64,000 nt of DNA from Takakia lepidozioides (taxonomy: Eukaryota; Plantae; Bryophyta), in assembly GCA_030704615.1 (NCBI GenBank), contig CM060731.1, positions 29,264,001-29,328,000 on the forward strand, written 5' to 3'. Below are positions 1 to 12,451 of the stretch, one piece after another. A program made the translations under genes and the position numbers. The notes beneath the pieces were generated by a model. The model had not been told where the DNA came from and made no database searches. It worked only from the letters and a program-made list of their open reading frames with translations. Numbering within the stretch: the stretch's first letter is position 1; every line of letters begins with the position of its first letter.

Positions 1-28
1 AACTATGGTCAATGTTTGTTGATAATAG

Positions 29-2451
29 GGATTATGGGTGTGGACTGTCAGCCTGCCGCTGACAGTTGTTAATGGAAGCAGTCACAATCCGGCGGTACAA
101 GCAGTGGATATAGTGGGCTGGTTTATGTTTGGCATCGGGTTGGCTTTTGAAGTGACAGCAGATCAGCAGAAGCTCCACTTCAAGAACAATCTGGCAAACA
201 AGGGAAGATGGTGTGATGTGGGTGTGTGGAAGTGGTCCAGGCATCCTAACTACTTTGGGGAGGTACACCTCAACAACCAATAGGTAGAAGCATTGGGCTC
301 ACAGGTTTTGGGTGAAAGCAGGGTGTGTTGTTGATATGCCTGGGGAGTGTGAAGTAGCAATTGGCAGTGCCAGTGTGTGTATAGAGCCTAAATTTTCAAA
401 AGATTTGGGGAATCACTAGCAGTGTCACAGCAGAGATTCGCTTTGGAGCTAGGCAGTCCACTTGGTGTTTCCGTTTGCTTCACTTCAAGTATATGTGAAC
501 CTTCCCTTTCTTCAAGAGAAGCAGAACTCGCAGCACATTGTGTGGCCTCAACTGAAAGTGGTGAAAATGGTGTGTCTCCTGTATTGAGCTTTTCTGATGA
601 AGTTGTGTACCTTGTTCCCTAGACCAAGGTTTGTCTTCTCCATAGCAGGTTGATTTTATTCACCTCCCAGTGGCTGTCACTATAATCACTACATGTGACT
701 GATAGCTTCGTGAAGCATAGGCAGCCTCTGAAGCTCATCTTACCAAGAGATCAGAGTGGAGTGTTCTGATGTATGCCATGGCACAGGCATCTGTTTATTG
801 CTTATGAAGGATAAGTTAGTGATTCAGCTTTCTCTAATCCTTTTGGCAAGGATATTAAGTAAGACTGACATTTTCCTAGCAGATGTTGGTCTGGTGGGGG
901 GTGTTTGTGGCTGCCACACCTGTGCTAAGAGGTGGCCAATGGGCAGTTATTGTCAGTCCCATCTTCATCACATTACTCCTCCTCTTTGTCAGTGGAATCC
1001 CCTTGCTTGAGGTAAAACTGCCCCCATCTCTGTTTCTCTCTCTCTCTGTCATTTAGAGCATGGTATCCAACTTCAGGAATTCACGTAAGGTAGGCAGATT
1101 TGAGTATCTGTTTTAGGTGGAGGTTTCCCTGGTGGAAACCACAGATAGCAAAACAGCAGCATGAACGCAACTCCCTGTTCCTACAACCTCAGTTGTGGTT
1201 CACTTCAGCATCCCCTGCATCTCTTCGAGGGTCCACTTCTGCATACATTTGCATCATGATCTCCCAATCAATACTTTTGCTTACGTCAATTGTCTTAACC
1301 CTAATTACTAGGATTAGACTGCACCAAGAAGCTTTGATAATTTCTGGCTATTTGAACAAGTACATGCTTCTATGTTAAAGGTGTCACATCTCAAAGGATA
1401 GATCCCAAGATTCATACCATGGACAGTGAATAGCTATGAAAGCAATGTAGGAGTGCACACAGTGTGGAGACAACTGACAACGGAGCCCTGTAAAAGCTTG
1501 CAGAAGGCCAAGTGCGGAGATTTGGTGATGAATTTCAACTCTCCTGGGAAAGCTAGATTTACAGTAGCCAGGCAGACTTCATGAAACAATGTATAGCTTG
1601 AACATTAAAGATTCGAATGAGGATTGAACATTGTACAGATTTGATGGTACATAGCCACTAGGATATTACAGGTTGCACCAGAATGCCCACATGCTAACCT
1701 CTTGCATTTGTGATTGTAACTTCTGTATTGTAGACTGGGCATGAGGTGTATGCAATAGGCATAACCTGCTGGTCATATAGGCATGGAATCAAATGAATGT
1801 GATATTTAAAACCATTGGAAACAATAATCCTGCTGTGCTGGATGCAGGCATCTGCTGATAAGAAACATGGAGGAAATGCAGAGTATCGTGCTTACAAAAA
1901 CAGAACCAGGTGAGTAGCTTCTTGCTATCCAGTCATCTTTACCCGGGTGGTCTCCATTCACTGTAGTGGTGAACCCGGCATTGTATGTCTGATTAATCTT
2001 TGCTCAGGAGGGATGCATGTTAGCCATAGTTCAATGATGTAAAACAAGAAAATTTCGTTGGACAGCTTTCAGTTATGAGTGTTTGCATTAATGTGAAATT
2101 GTACTTGTGCAGCCCCTTGATCCCTCTTCCTCCTGCAATATATGACAGTCTCTCAAGTTGGGTGAAGATGACATGTCTTTTTGAGTTTCCCTTGTACAGC
2201 AAAAAGCTGGCCACAGGTGAGTATCTGTTGCAATCTCAGGGCTGGGCATCTGACAGCCATGCTAAGTGTTCGTGTGTCACAGTTTGCTTGCTTGGTGGAA
2301 ATTTGCGGTGTCTTTCCCTTGAGTCAGGTTTCCAGTGTGTAGATTGTAATGGGTTCATCTAGCATTAGACTGTTTTAAATTTTCATTTGGCTGATCAATT
2401 GCGGGACTATCACACTTTGCTGTTCCCCCAGGTTTTGATCTGTTGAACTAG
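29..2451 (+). CDS. DUF1295 / steroid 5-alpha-reductase-like membrane protein, 3' part (exons ~29-262, 883-1011, 1848-1909, 2113-2216, 2432-2451)
   Basis: Spliced translation GLWVWTVSLPLTVVN...AFEVTADQQKLHFK...WCDVGVWKWSRHPNYFGE|MLVWWGVF...LLFVSGIPLLE|ASADKKHGGNAEYRAYKNRTS|PLIPLPP...LFEFPLYS. WSRHPNYFGE is the family signature. GT-AG borders give a continuous frame. The 5' exons lie outside the window. Confidence 0.9.
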
Positions 2452-3263
2452 AGACTGTCAGGGATTACATTTGCCTCTCAGAAGGCTCTTGGACTTAAAA
2501 GGGTGGAGCGCTTTGTGACATGGCAGATTAAAGGACCCGACACACACAAGGAGCTGCATATTTGAATCCTCTGGCTAAGTGGGTAATTACCTAGATGCAC
2601 ATAATGTCACATGCCATTGTCCACCATGGAATTGCAAACCAATCAGGACTGCTATTTCGATCAGTCCTACTAGTTCAAAATCAGCTTGTGAAACTGAGTT
2701 GTTCAGATGGCCTTTGTCATGGTCCCAATTCAATCTAGGGAGGTTTTGAAAATCAAACTCAATCCTAGTCCGCTCTCAACATTTTTGTGACCATGGGAGG
2801 GACATGGGCAAAAGTGTTATACAATATGTGCAGTTTTATGCAATTGAAGGGCCACCTATAAGTTATGCTTGTTTTTTCCTTCCCCTATACGGTTTACTAC
2901 CGTACTTGCCTATGCTATTTGTCAGGGCCATGCCGGACTAATTAATTTTTCTTGAAGAAGGGGTCTAGTAGGCTTTTTGGGAATTTCTGCATTTTAGACA
3001 GTGATCATGATAAATAATAATAAAAGCGTCAGAATTGCCTGTGTACATGGTTAGTGTAATGGTAACATGCGAGACTTTGATAAGGCAGGTAGGCATGTCT
3101 TGGGGGCAAATATGCATGACATTTGGCACTAGAAAGGCTTCAATTTTAAATATTTTGGCATGGATTTAATTATCATCGGATAGCGAAGGCACATATAGTA
3201 CGGTATCTGTTTATATTCTGAATTTCAAACTAAAAGTACATCAGATCTTTATAAAACTATATT

Positions 3264-4020
3264 TCATGTATATAAATATATATGTAATATTATTAATTGA
3301 AAAATAAAACTGTATTCAACAAATGCATGGAGTACATGCGAGCCCTGCTTATTATAGTTACAAATCGCGGTTGTAAAGTGATTAACGTAATCTGGAAGTT
3401 TGAATGCTAAGTAAATGGGTTTGTGGTCGGTCCAATATGCTTCTTTTGTGCCAGACAAACAATGTTGTGTAGGCGAATTAATCCATATATGATCTAATTG
3501 AGAATTGTAATCTGTCGTGGGTTCGTTGAATGTAAGTTGACAGTTGTAACTTTTCACGAGTGAGTGAAATGAGTCAGATTCTCTGTTGGATTTGTAAAGA
3601 TCGATATTAAAATCTCCGATAAAAATAGTTGGACAATTTTTTGGTGCTCGATCATATAAATTTTGCAGATCTTGAAAAATGTTGTGAAGAGAAAGCAAAG
3701 GAGGTTTATGTATTGCAATGATGTGTATGCCTATGCGGGAATTTGGATTAAAAGATGCAGCAATGAATTATGCACCGTTGTGTGTTTGGATTTCGTAATT
3801 TTGAAGCGAGATGGTTTTATCATATAGAATGGTTGTTCCGTGTCCGTCATAACATGAGAGCCTTGATAAGCGATCGTTAGGTACATATAATGATCAATTT
3901 TTTATTATTTGGATGTAAACGCGTTTTGTTTAAACATAATATGTGAGATGTTTGTAGGCTGTAGTCGTCCATAATATCACAATAGTGGCTGTGCATTGAA
4001 CGTGTATTTAACGATTGAAT
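3264..4020 (-). pseudogene. EEP/APE-like endonuclease domain at the C-terminus of Rep-helicase
   Basis: SLNVRS near 4000-4020, then IFIGDFNIDL, TTDYNSQLDHIW and YWTDHKPI, the GDFN / xDH / (S/T)DH motifs of the exonuclease-endonuclease-phosphatase fold. Confidence 0.85.
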
Positions 4021-4229
4021 GATTACATGTGTGCGATATAGAAGTTGTAAATTTGGTGTGGATAGATTCCATCTGGCAATTGTTTGAAATCTACTTAAAT
4101 TTCGTCACGTATGATATCATCCACATGGAAATTTTTTATCTTGTAATGGAGCGAGGAGATATAAATTTTGTCGTTCTTTTATGCGCGATAAAGCTGTGTA
4201 TGTCAATCTGTGCTTGCACACGTTTGTTG

Positions 4230-5480
4230 GGTCAAATGCGAGACGATCCATGGTCAGTCCTTGCGCTCTGTGTATAGTACGTGCTGCTGCGAGCTGAATT
4301 GGAACTGAGTACGAGTTATTACGTGGTCAAGATTATCCGTGAATTGAATTTCTTTGGTTTTGGCTGTAATTGGAGTCCAGGATTTGCATATGTCATTGTT
4401 GTTTTGGTATACGTATGAGTAAGAAGCTCGTGTTTCGTGTCCTATTCGTTCATTAGCAAAATATATCCAAACTAACGGGAATTGTGATGAAGTTGTGCCG
4501 TGTTTGAAAATTCCTTCAGCTCCGTTTACTAAACCATCTTGGATGTTATAGTTACCTCCACACAATTCTACTAGCATGTTGGGTTTCATACGCACAAGTG
4601 TATGCAAACCCGCTGTCTTATTAGCATCAAGAAGGGGTTTGATGTGTGAAGGACACAATGGATGATGGATGTCTATTGCTTTGAATGCAAAAATTTGTCC
4701 TTCTGTTCGATTAAAAATGTCTTCATTGTGTGCTTGAGTACGCGCGTTTGTGAAAAATAGATGTGGTAGTGTTAGATCTAGTGGCGGCGGCCTATAAAAT
4801 ATAATGTTCATATTTTTAACATCGTCAGCGGAATGTGATGTCGTTCGAAATCGATTTAAGATTTCAACAAATGTTTGATCATTTTGTCTCATAACTCGTG
4901 TTAATGTGTAGCATCTAATTTTATCATGCCAAAAATGAATATCGCATATGTTCGTTTGATCATTTTTTTTTTGAATATCCAAGTATCTCTAATAGGTGGG
5001 ATTTTGATAAAAATCACCAGTGATAATGACATCTAAATTTCCAAAAGGTTTGTTGTGTATGCGTTTCATTGAATGCAATCTTTTGTCTATGAATGAAAAC
5101 ATTCGGCTACCTACAAGAGATATTTCATCTATAACTACAAGTTGTAGTTGATCATATTGTTTAATTAGTGTGTCACGTTTGTCATCAGTAAGCGATGTCA
5201 ATTTTTGTGATTTAAAGGTATGCCTAGGCTTGAATGGATTGAGTTTCCTTCAATGTTAAATGTTGTTTTTCATGTATATGCCATTTTCATTACTTTTTGT
5301 TTTAAAGGATTTGCGTCTGGGTTGTTGTTGTAATATCGTAGCAAGCCTTGTATGATGGTTAAAACAGTGAAAGTTTTATCTGTTCCAGCTCCACCCGTTA
5401 TGAAAAGATTCAATGGCTCTTGGGGGTTTGTACGTTTTTTATACATATAATCATCAAACATCGTTCATTGTTCTGGATTT
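4230..5480 (-). pseudogene. PIF1-like SF1 helicase domain (fragmented)
   Basis: FITGGAGTDKT (Walker A with G>D), IDEISLV, GDFYQ, LTRVMRQND, DGLVNGAEG, and RTQF...AARTIHRAQG in a shifted frame. Confidence 0.92.
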
Positions 5481-5677
5481 AGCCGTATTTGCTTATAATA
5501 TACATCACAATTTAAACTTTGATCTTTTATGGTTGTGAAATCCGATTTTGTTTTAGTGGAAGGTTGAATCGGACATATATCACATTCTAGTGATATATCA
5601 AATTTTTTGATATTCGTGTAATTAATTACCGGGTTCTCGGTTTCAGTCCACATGTCAACGGTTTCGTCTGTTGCAAA

Positions 5678-8188
5678 TTATTTGGCTTTTTTTTCTAAGG
5701 TGTGCCAATCTGTACTGTTTACGTCGTTGTTCGGTAGTTTATACATAAAAAATTCTCTCATACATTCAATCTTCGATTTATTCATCATAATAGCATTGTG
5801 CCATGTAGTTTGACCATTCATTAAATTCGATTCTGGTTTTCGAAACGGGCAAAATAATAATAATTGTTCTCGATAATAGTTTTCGGGATCTTGATGTATG
5901 TTATAATGTACATACCGAATAATTGTGTCTTTCCGATTTTTTTGAAAATTAAATAGGTTGTATTTTGCAAATGTTTCAGGAAGACAAAGGTGTTCGAGTG
6001 ATTCTGGACGACTCATGTATTTATCAATGTTTGATTGACATTTAATGTCAGTGGAATCTGGATGAAGATCTTGTAAGTGACGTTGTGGTTTAAGTACAAA
6101 CGCGCGTTCTTCGGGCAATGATGTGTTAATGAAAGAACATGTTCTCGATGAATGATGAAGCGGTATGGAAAGAATAAAATACACGGCTAATTGAGCAGAC
6201 ATTTGTTGAGCATTCAAGAAAGCATTGCCCATTTGTCTTATACGTTTTGTGGTTTCGGTCTGTTCTTGTTTACATATTGCAAGTATTTTTTGTAATTCTT
6301 TTGTGATGGTTTTATCGACTTTTGTGAGATACGATGTACAGTACGTGGCAGCTGCGTAGGGATCTAAAATGAATTGTACATCCGTATTTGCTTGCCACAA
6401 AGGACCAGCAATTTGGTCAAATGCATTGGTACGTATGTCTTTTGGGTTGCTTTCCAAAAATACAGTAGGCTTCGTAAGTCTGCTTCTTAGTGCAGCTATG
6501 TATTTATCTTCGTCCATTTGCAACAGTGACAAATAATTTTCGAACGAAATATTTGTTCCAAGACCCATTTTGTGTAATTCGTCAAAAATATGTGATGCAA
6601 CGTTTTGTAGTTCTTTTGTGTCATCCCTCGGTTCCAGTAACGGAGTCAAAATTCTCGTGCGTCTCATTGGAGGCAACGGAAAATGAAATCGATATATAGG
6701 TTTGTTGTGTTTGCGACATGTATGCCTATGATGATGCAGCTGCACTTCACAAATGTCTTTTGGAAGCAGTTCGCTATTGCAACTAATGAATTTATCGATG
6801 AATGATTCTATTTCAGAATTTTGTGCCACTCCATATGTGGATGCATTCGAAATCCAAAATAGTCCGTGATCGTGCTCACTTCCGCGGCTTTGGAATTCAG
6901 TCGTGAAAAAATAATCATGCACTGGTCCGAACAAGCTGCTATCCTCCATGAAAAGTTTTCGAAATGAACTCATTCGGTGGTCGATCGTCGTTTGATTTAT
7001 GGCTTACTTCACATAGAGTCTTTAGTAGTGGTTTCCATTTACTTTCGGCACTTGTGAATGTTACAAAAAGGTTGGCGGACACAGTTGACGTATCGTGGCA
7101 AACACTTCTTTACGTAATCGTTCTAGATGATCTGGCGATGTTCTAATGCGTTTCAATTCTCTATAGCCTAAATCAGACCGAAGAATATTGTCTAAATTCG
7201 GTTTGATGGCTACGTCGGACGCTTTTAATGTACGTCCTTGCAGTTTTTCTTTTCTAATACGTATCCAAGATGAAGATAAAACACAATTTATAAATATCTT
7301 GATTGCCTTAAAAAATATGTTTGGAATACGGGAAGCAAAATCATGATTTTTATGTAATAATTCCCACTTTGTTATTTTATGATATGTTTGTTTTATATCC
7401 GACGGTCTTACACCTCCAAAAAATAATTTTGGAAAATTGTACTCTTCACAGTAACGACCGTAAAACAAACCAATTGGTTTATAGTGTTCACTGCGAGCAA
7501 TAGATATAATGTTCGTTATCTTGTTATCATTAATTTGTTCGACGTCCAAAAAAATTTCAACAAGTGTATCGGTTGGTATATTGTCTTCAATTTCTTCAAA
7601 ATTAGTTGTTGTAGTATTTGTTGTTATTATGTCTTCCATTTGGTCGGAATTTGAAATGTCGTTGGAAGTAGCATTGGAAAGTGCAAAGTAATCCATCCAT
7701 TTTTGGTTTATAGATATTTTTTCAACTTTATAAAGAGGCGTGTCACACAAATCGTGGAGCGCTTGGATAACTTGATGTGGACGTACATTTCCCGACAAGT
7801 AAACAGACTTGTATTCCAGTTTACGTTTTAGGATAATGCCTACAGTTGTTTCTTCATGTATCGGACGAGGAAGAACTGTTTGTATGCGATCTACATTCGC
7901 AGGTATGTTGATTATACTACCTTGTAGTCCATACTGTCCGTAGCTTTGTAGTTGATAGATTTGATCGAATATTTGTCGTGGTGCTACTAATCTTTCTTCC
8001 AATTCGTTCAATGATGCAAGAGATGGTATGCTTGTATTCCGATATATGTGTGTTGGAACAACAAACGGCGGTTCTTTGTCATTATATATATATTTCAAGC
8101 ATGATTTATAAATTAGTAACGTTTGTATGTCCACGTCATCGTCCACTGTTATAAGTGATTGCAATATATTCAAAATTCGTTCAGTCAT
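5678..8188 (-). pseudogene. HUH Rep initiator and N-terminal Helitron-like region (fragmented)
   Basis: EFQSRGSEHDHGLFW (HUH motif 2), NTDVQFILDPYAAATYCTSYLTK (YxxxYxxK), MSAQLAVY, and upstream LEERLVAPR...GQYGLQGSIINIP. Confidence 0.9.
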
Positions 8189-8212
8189 GAAGATGGTTTG
8201 TTTTTTAAACCA

Positions 8213-9043
8213 TCAACATGCACATGGGTATTTTGGTGTATCGTTGATTTTCTTGTAATAAAGTTTAAGAATTGAGTTGTTTGCTTGTTTGTTTCGTAGG
8301 AAAGTAACGTGTTTAACAATTTGGTCTATATTTATTTTTAACGATTTATGGTTTGCAAAAAATAAATCTTCAATCTCAGTTGAATTTATGTTGCAATTAG
8401 ATTTTATGTATGAAATTATTTCACAATTATGTGCTTTCGTCCATTTAATTTTTTTAATTACGCGTTTATTATGTTTACGTAAATAATATAAGTGATGTCG
8501 TATTTGATTGGAAGTTAACGACATGATGTGATATTGGTTTAAGAATAATGTGGCAATATTTTTTGCACTAAGATTTGGATTACTGATTGCTAAGTGAAGC
8601 AATTGCTCATTTTCTTTTGTTGTCCATGTATGCGATTGAATGAAATGTGTTTGTGAGGTATTTGAATCTGCAGTTGTTCCAATATCTCCACTAGTATTTT
8701 TTGGTGGATTCATTTCGTTAAATGACGTTTTATTTTCATTAATTCTATTTAAGTTCACTGTCATACGTTTGTTTTTTTGGGTGAGGTACCACAAATGATG
8801 TTTCACTTGACAAGAAGTTAATAATACCGGAGGATTATTGTTCAAAAATACACATGCAACATTCTGTAGAGTGACATTCGGATTATTGATTGCGAAATTT
8901 TGTAACTGCTCATCTTCTTCTGTTGTCCATCGATGTCGTTTTCTATTGTTTGGCTGGATAAAATCCGAACATGATTCAAAGCAAGAATTTGTGTTGCATT
9001 CAATTTTGTCTTTTAAACTGTTATGTTGACTGGTTATGTACAT
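8213..9043 (-). pseudogene. Three Myb/SANT-like repeats N-terminal to Rep
   Basis: RWTTEEDEQLQNFA...QVKHHLWYL, TWTTKENEQLLHLA...QIRHHLYYL and KWTKAHNCEIISYI...QIVKHVTFL; the ORF ends in a CxC motif. Confidence 0.65.
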
Positions 9044-9069
9044 TTCATGTTCTTCTGCTTCTGTACGTT

Positions 9070-9575
9070 TGATTACTGGTTCAAGTGTTCAACGTAATTA
9101 GGTCGGTCTTAAAAAACAATTTGCAAAGGCTCTTCTTGAAAATGATTTCCACACTCAATCATAACTTTACAATTTCTTTTGAACCACGTGTGAATTGGAA
9201 GTTTTAAATAATCAGAAGTCCAAAACACTATATTGAAATCTGCCCATATACCACTTTGTTCAGCACCGATGGACATTTTGTTTAAATATTCTTCTTCTGA
9301 ATGTACTCCGTGTAATGAATGCAAGAACTCAGGAGCATGTTTCCTAATCGAGTAATCAGCCACACGAGGATCGTTCGAATTCAAAACGTTTTTTAATTGT
9401 TAAACAACATGTTGTCGCAATGTTAGTGAAGACATTCCAGTTTGTTTAAGATACACAATTGTGTAAAAAAAAACAATCTCCTGGAGCAAACTTGTAGTGT
9501 TCTATGCGGACTAAATTCAAAGAACCTAAAACTAAGTCTATGTCGTTGACTATGGATATCATATTGTGTATGCAT
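9070..9575 (-). pseudogene. OTU-like cysteine protease domain (fragmented)
   Basis: YKFAPGDCFF (catalytic Cys motif) near 9475-9500, LRQHVV, GIWADFNIVFWTSDYLKLPIH, and HLEP (catalytic His) near 9075-9090. Confidence 0.65.
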
Positions 9576-9656
9576 TATATTCTAATAATTTCATGTACTT
9601 GTGTGGAATAAACAAAGAATTTATTAAACATGTAATAATGCAATTGTTTGTAAGTT

Positions 9657-9782
9657 CATCATAAAGCTCTTGCTCTGCCACTTCGGTAAATACCAAGTGA
9701 CCCTTGCTGATTGCTCAAGAATATCATAAAGCTCTTGCTCTGTCACTTCGGTAAATACCAAGTGACCCTTGTTGATTGTTGA
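9657..9782. repeat. ~66-bp tandem duplication followed by (TTGATTG)-type short repeats
   Basis: tcataaagctcttgctctg(c/t)cacttcggtaaataccaagtgacccttg(c/t)tgattg occurs twice in tandem. Confidence 0.9.
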
Positions 9783-9899
9783 TTGTTGATTGCTTATTGC
9801 TCATAGCTGATGGCTCAAGAGTATCCATGATCAATACATGAACGTACGATCGTATCTGCACAACCCAATATCAACATAATTACATAGAACTGTACAGGA

Positions 9900-11335
9900 A
9901 AACTACACAACTGCAATATACTAATCGTCTCCTTCTGGATGGCCTGACATGCTACCGTAAGATACAATGCTGGTCAATGCTGGTCTGGCTGTCGTTACCA
10001 AGTTCATTGTATGCAACTAAGTCGCCAGCATGATTTACACTGTAAATACCATCGACACTGATATCTCGAAGTTTTTTGACTAATTTGCCTTAAGGAAGTC
10101 TCATAAGCTCGGATCCTGGAATTTTCAAGATGGCTTGAATCCAGTTTTTTGTAAGCTTTGTAATCACATTCTCTCCTGTGTCAGTTGTAACAAACTACTT
10201 CCGGTTCTTCTTCAACATCAACGAATAACCGACAAAACTGACAATGACGACGATCATCCTTAGACTTTACGATGGATTGAGAAAGATGACTTTCTGGCAC
10301 ACCTCTTTGATGGGTCGCACGGTTGGAGATATCACATGTAAATTGCCTGACACTTGTTTCATTGAATCACCATAAAACAATTAACAAAACACATAATGTT
10401 TTGGAGTTTTAATGATTATACTTTGTGAATGAGTTTCAAAAACACTTACTTTGCGAACCATCGAGAAAGTAGTTCTCCGTGTATAAACATCGTGGATGAA
10501 AGTCAATCCATCGCGTGTTTTTTCGTCAAGAACTGGAATCACTACGATGGTTGTTGGTGTTGCGATGAATCTCAATGCACCCGATTTCGAACTTGAGATG
10601 TTCTTCAACAACACGGACGTCGGCGCACCAGTACTATATGTGTTAGCCAGGTTGTTGAATTGCAAGAAATATTCTGGATAGAAAGATACCTGTGTGCACA
10701 TTTACAAATTCAAATAAGAATTGATTTGACTACTATGATTTGATAACAACACCATCAATACAAATTCAAATATCATATGAAAAACAGCGAAGTTCATCAC
10801 TTACAATTCGTGTGTCGTCTTGTCCAGAACCATCTGCCACTTGCAGATCAAAAGTATTGCCGACGTTCCCAATAACTCCCACTACCACTACAGCTATAGA
10901 AGCCGTAGCCCATTTGTCTCTCGGAACCGTTTTCTCAAAATAGTGGCTAATCTTGTCCATACTTGACAAGTTTATAGTGATGGGTTTGGGCCCGACAACA
11001 GTAACAGTTATGGGAGACGACACAACGAGCATGTACAGACAATCACCATGTGCAAATTTGGACTTGGGCTTGACTGAAAAATTTTCTAGTCAGATATGAT
11101 TTTCCACTTGAAACTTGTGAGAATGTACATTGGCTAACAACTCTTCCAATGTCACAGTGATTGTGTTGAATCCATCATCATCAGTCAGATCACAATGTAA
11201 AAACATTGGCCGGCTTTCCGTAGTTCGATCAAAAGAACCGTACCGATTAATGACACGTCCTTCAAATGTGCCGCCTCGAAGATTGGGGCTCAAAGTATCA
11301 ATTGTCGTGATTATACATCCACCCTGTCTCTTCAT
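9900..11335 (-). pseudogene. RPA70-like OB-fold ssDNA-binding protein carried by the element (probably spliced, degraded)
   Basis: ITTIDTLSPNLRGGTFEGRVINRY...FLHCDLTDDDGFNTITVT (OB-fold start) and ASIAVVVVGVIG...LQVADGSGQDDT (second OB fold). Candidate GT-AG introns separate the ORF pieces. Confidence 0.55.
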
Positions 11336-11953
11336 TCTATTAAACATAAGCAGAAAAAATGAAACATAAGTTGTTAGATCCAACAAACAGTGTGCTAACA
11401 TGATATGTAGATAATGACATGTACCGTTTTTGTCTATGTAATCTTCAAGCTGGTATAATCCATAATGCAGTTACAACTTCAACAATCGATCTACTTGAAA
11501 AATTGTCTATGTTAACAAATGCAGATAGAAAAAACAAAACAAAATCATTAAAAAAGACTGACAACACACTGTGTATCGAATTTCACTCAAGAGTACAAAC
11601 AAAAATAATTGTACAGCTGTACAGTTAGAACCGTACATTTATAAACATACATACAAATATCACTGTATAGCTACACAATTACAACTGTACATTTATAAAC
11701 ATATGTACAATGAACAATCTCTTAAACAACAACGTTGTGGCTAAATCACTCCGTGTACTCTTCTTCGTTCATACAGTCTCCGTGAACGGCGCGGAAGGAT
11801 AGCAAAATCTGAACCTTGAGAATTCGCTGTAGCTACTGAATCAATTTTCGGACCTAAAACTCCGGAATAAATCAAACTTAAAATAAAGTCGTTCAGATCC
11901 TTGAACCGTACGTAGCGGGGAACTGGACGTTCACTGATATGGTAAAACGTGTG

Positions 11954-12451
11954 TCAATCGGCATTTCCGTCAATAGACACACCATCTCCATCAACCTCAA
12001 TGGATACATTACAGATACTACAATTTTTCTCTGAAATTAATAGGCTATCCGCATACGGTCGACAAACACTACAGGTTCCAACCAAGTAATCTATCTGCCA
12101 TCTAATATGTGCAGCTATGGATGATGTACGTGTTAAAGTCCCCAAATAAACATAAGGACATGCACAAGTATGAACATCATTCCTTTCCACATTCGGACAC
12201 GTGACTTGACAACCCTTTCTCAAATATTCGATCTCATGAGAATTAAGCAACTCTGTTGCGAACTCGATAAGTAACGAAAACTGGTTCTTGCATCTTCTCG
12301 GGTTGTTTATCTCGAGATAATAATGCATGTTACAGTAAAGTACCATCAGTTTTCGCAACAAGTCTACCAACTTTATCTTCATTTCAAAAACATGTGTGTT
12401 TTCTGTCATTCTCTCTAAACGATGCCGAGTTATTATGAAAACTGTCATCAC
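11954..12451 (-). CDS. Cys-rich hypothetical protein inside the rolling-circle element
   Basis: 165-aa ORF co-oriented with the element, with CxxxC, CxC and two CxxC motifs. No family recognised. Confidence 0.35.
   Translation of the reverse strand: MMTVFIITRHRLERMTENTHVFEMKIKLVDLLRKLMVLYCNMHYYLEINNPRRCKNQFSLLIEFATELLNSHEIEYLRKGCQVTCPNVERNDVHTCACPYVYLGTLTRTSSIAAHIRWQIDYLVGTCSVCRPYADSLLISEKNCSICNVSIEVDGDGVSIDGNAD

Noticed and set aside
3045-3090. tRNA-Gln-like stretch (tagtgtaatggtaacatgcgagactttga)
   Set aside because: Only an A-box-like resemblance; the anticodon stem does not pair and there is no TTCRA B-box or acceptor stem.
3128-3200. CTAG|T as the canonical Helitron 3' terminus on the minus strand
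   Set aside because: No GC-rich hairpin just upstream of it, and Helentron-type elements use different termini, so it serves only as an approximate boundary.
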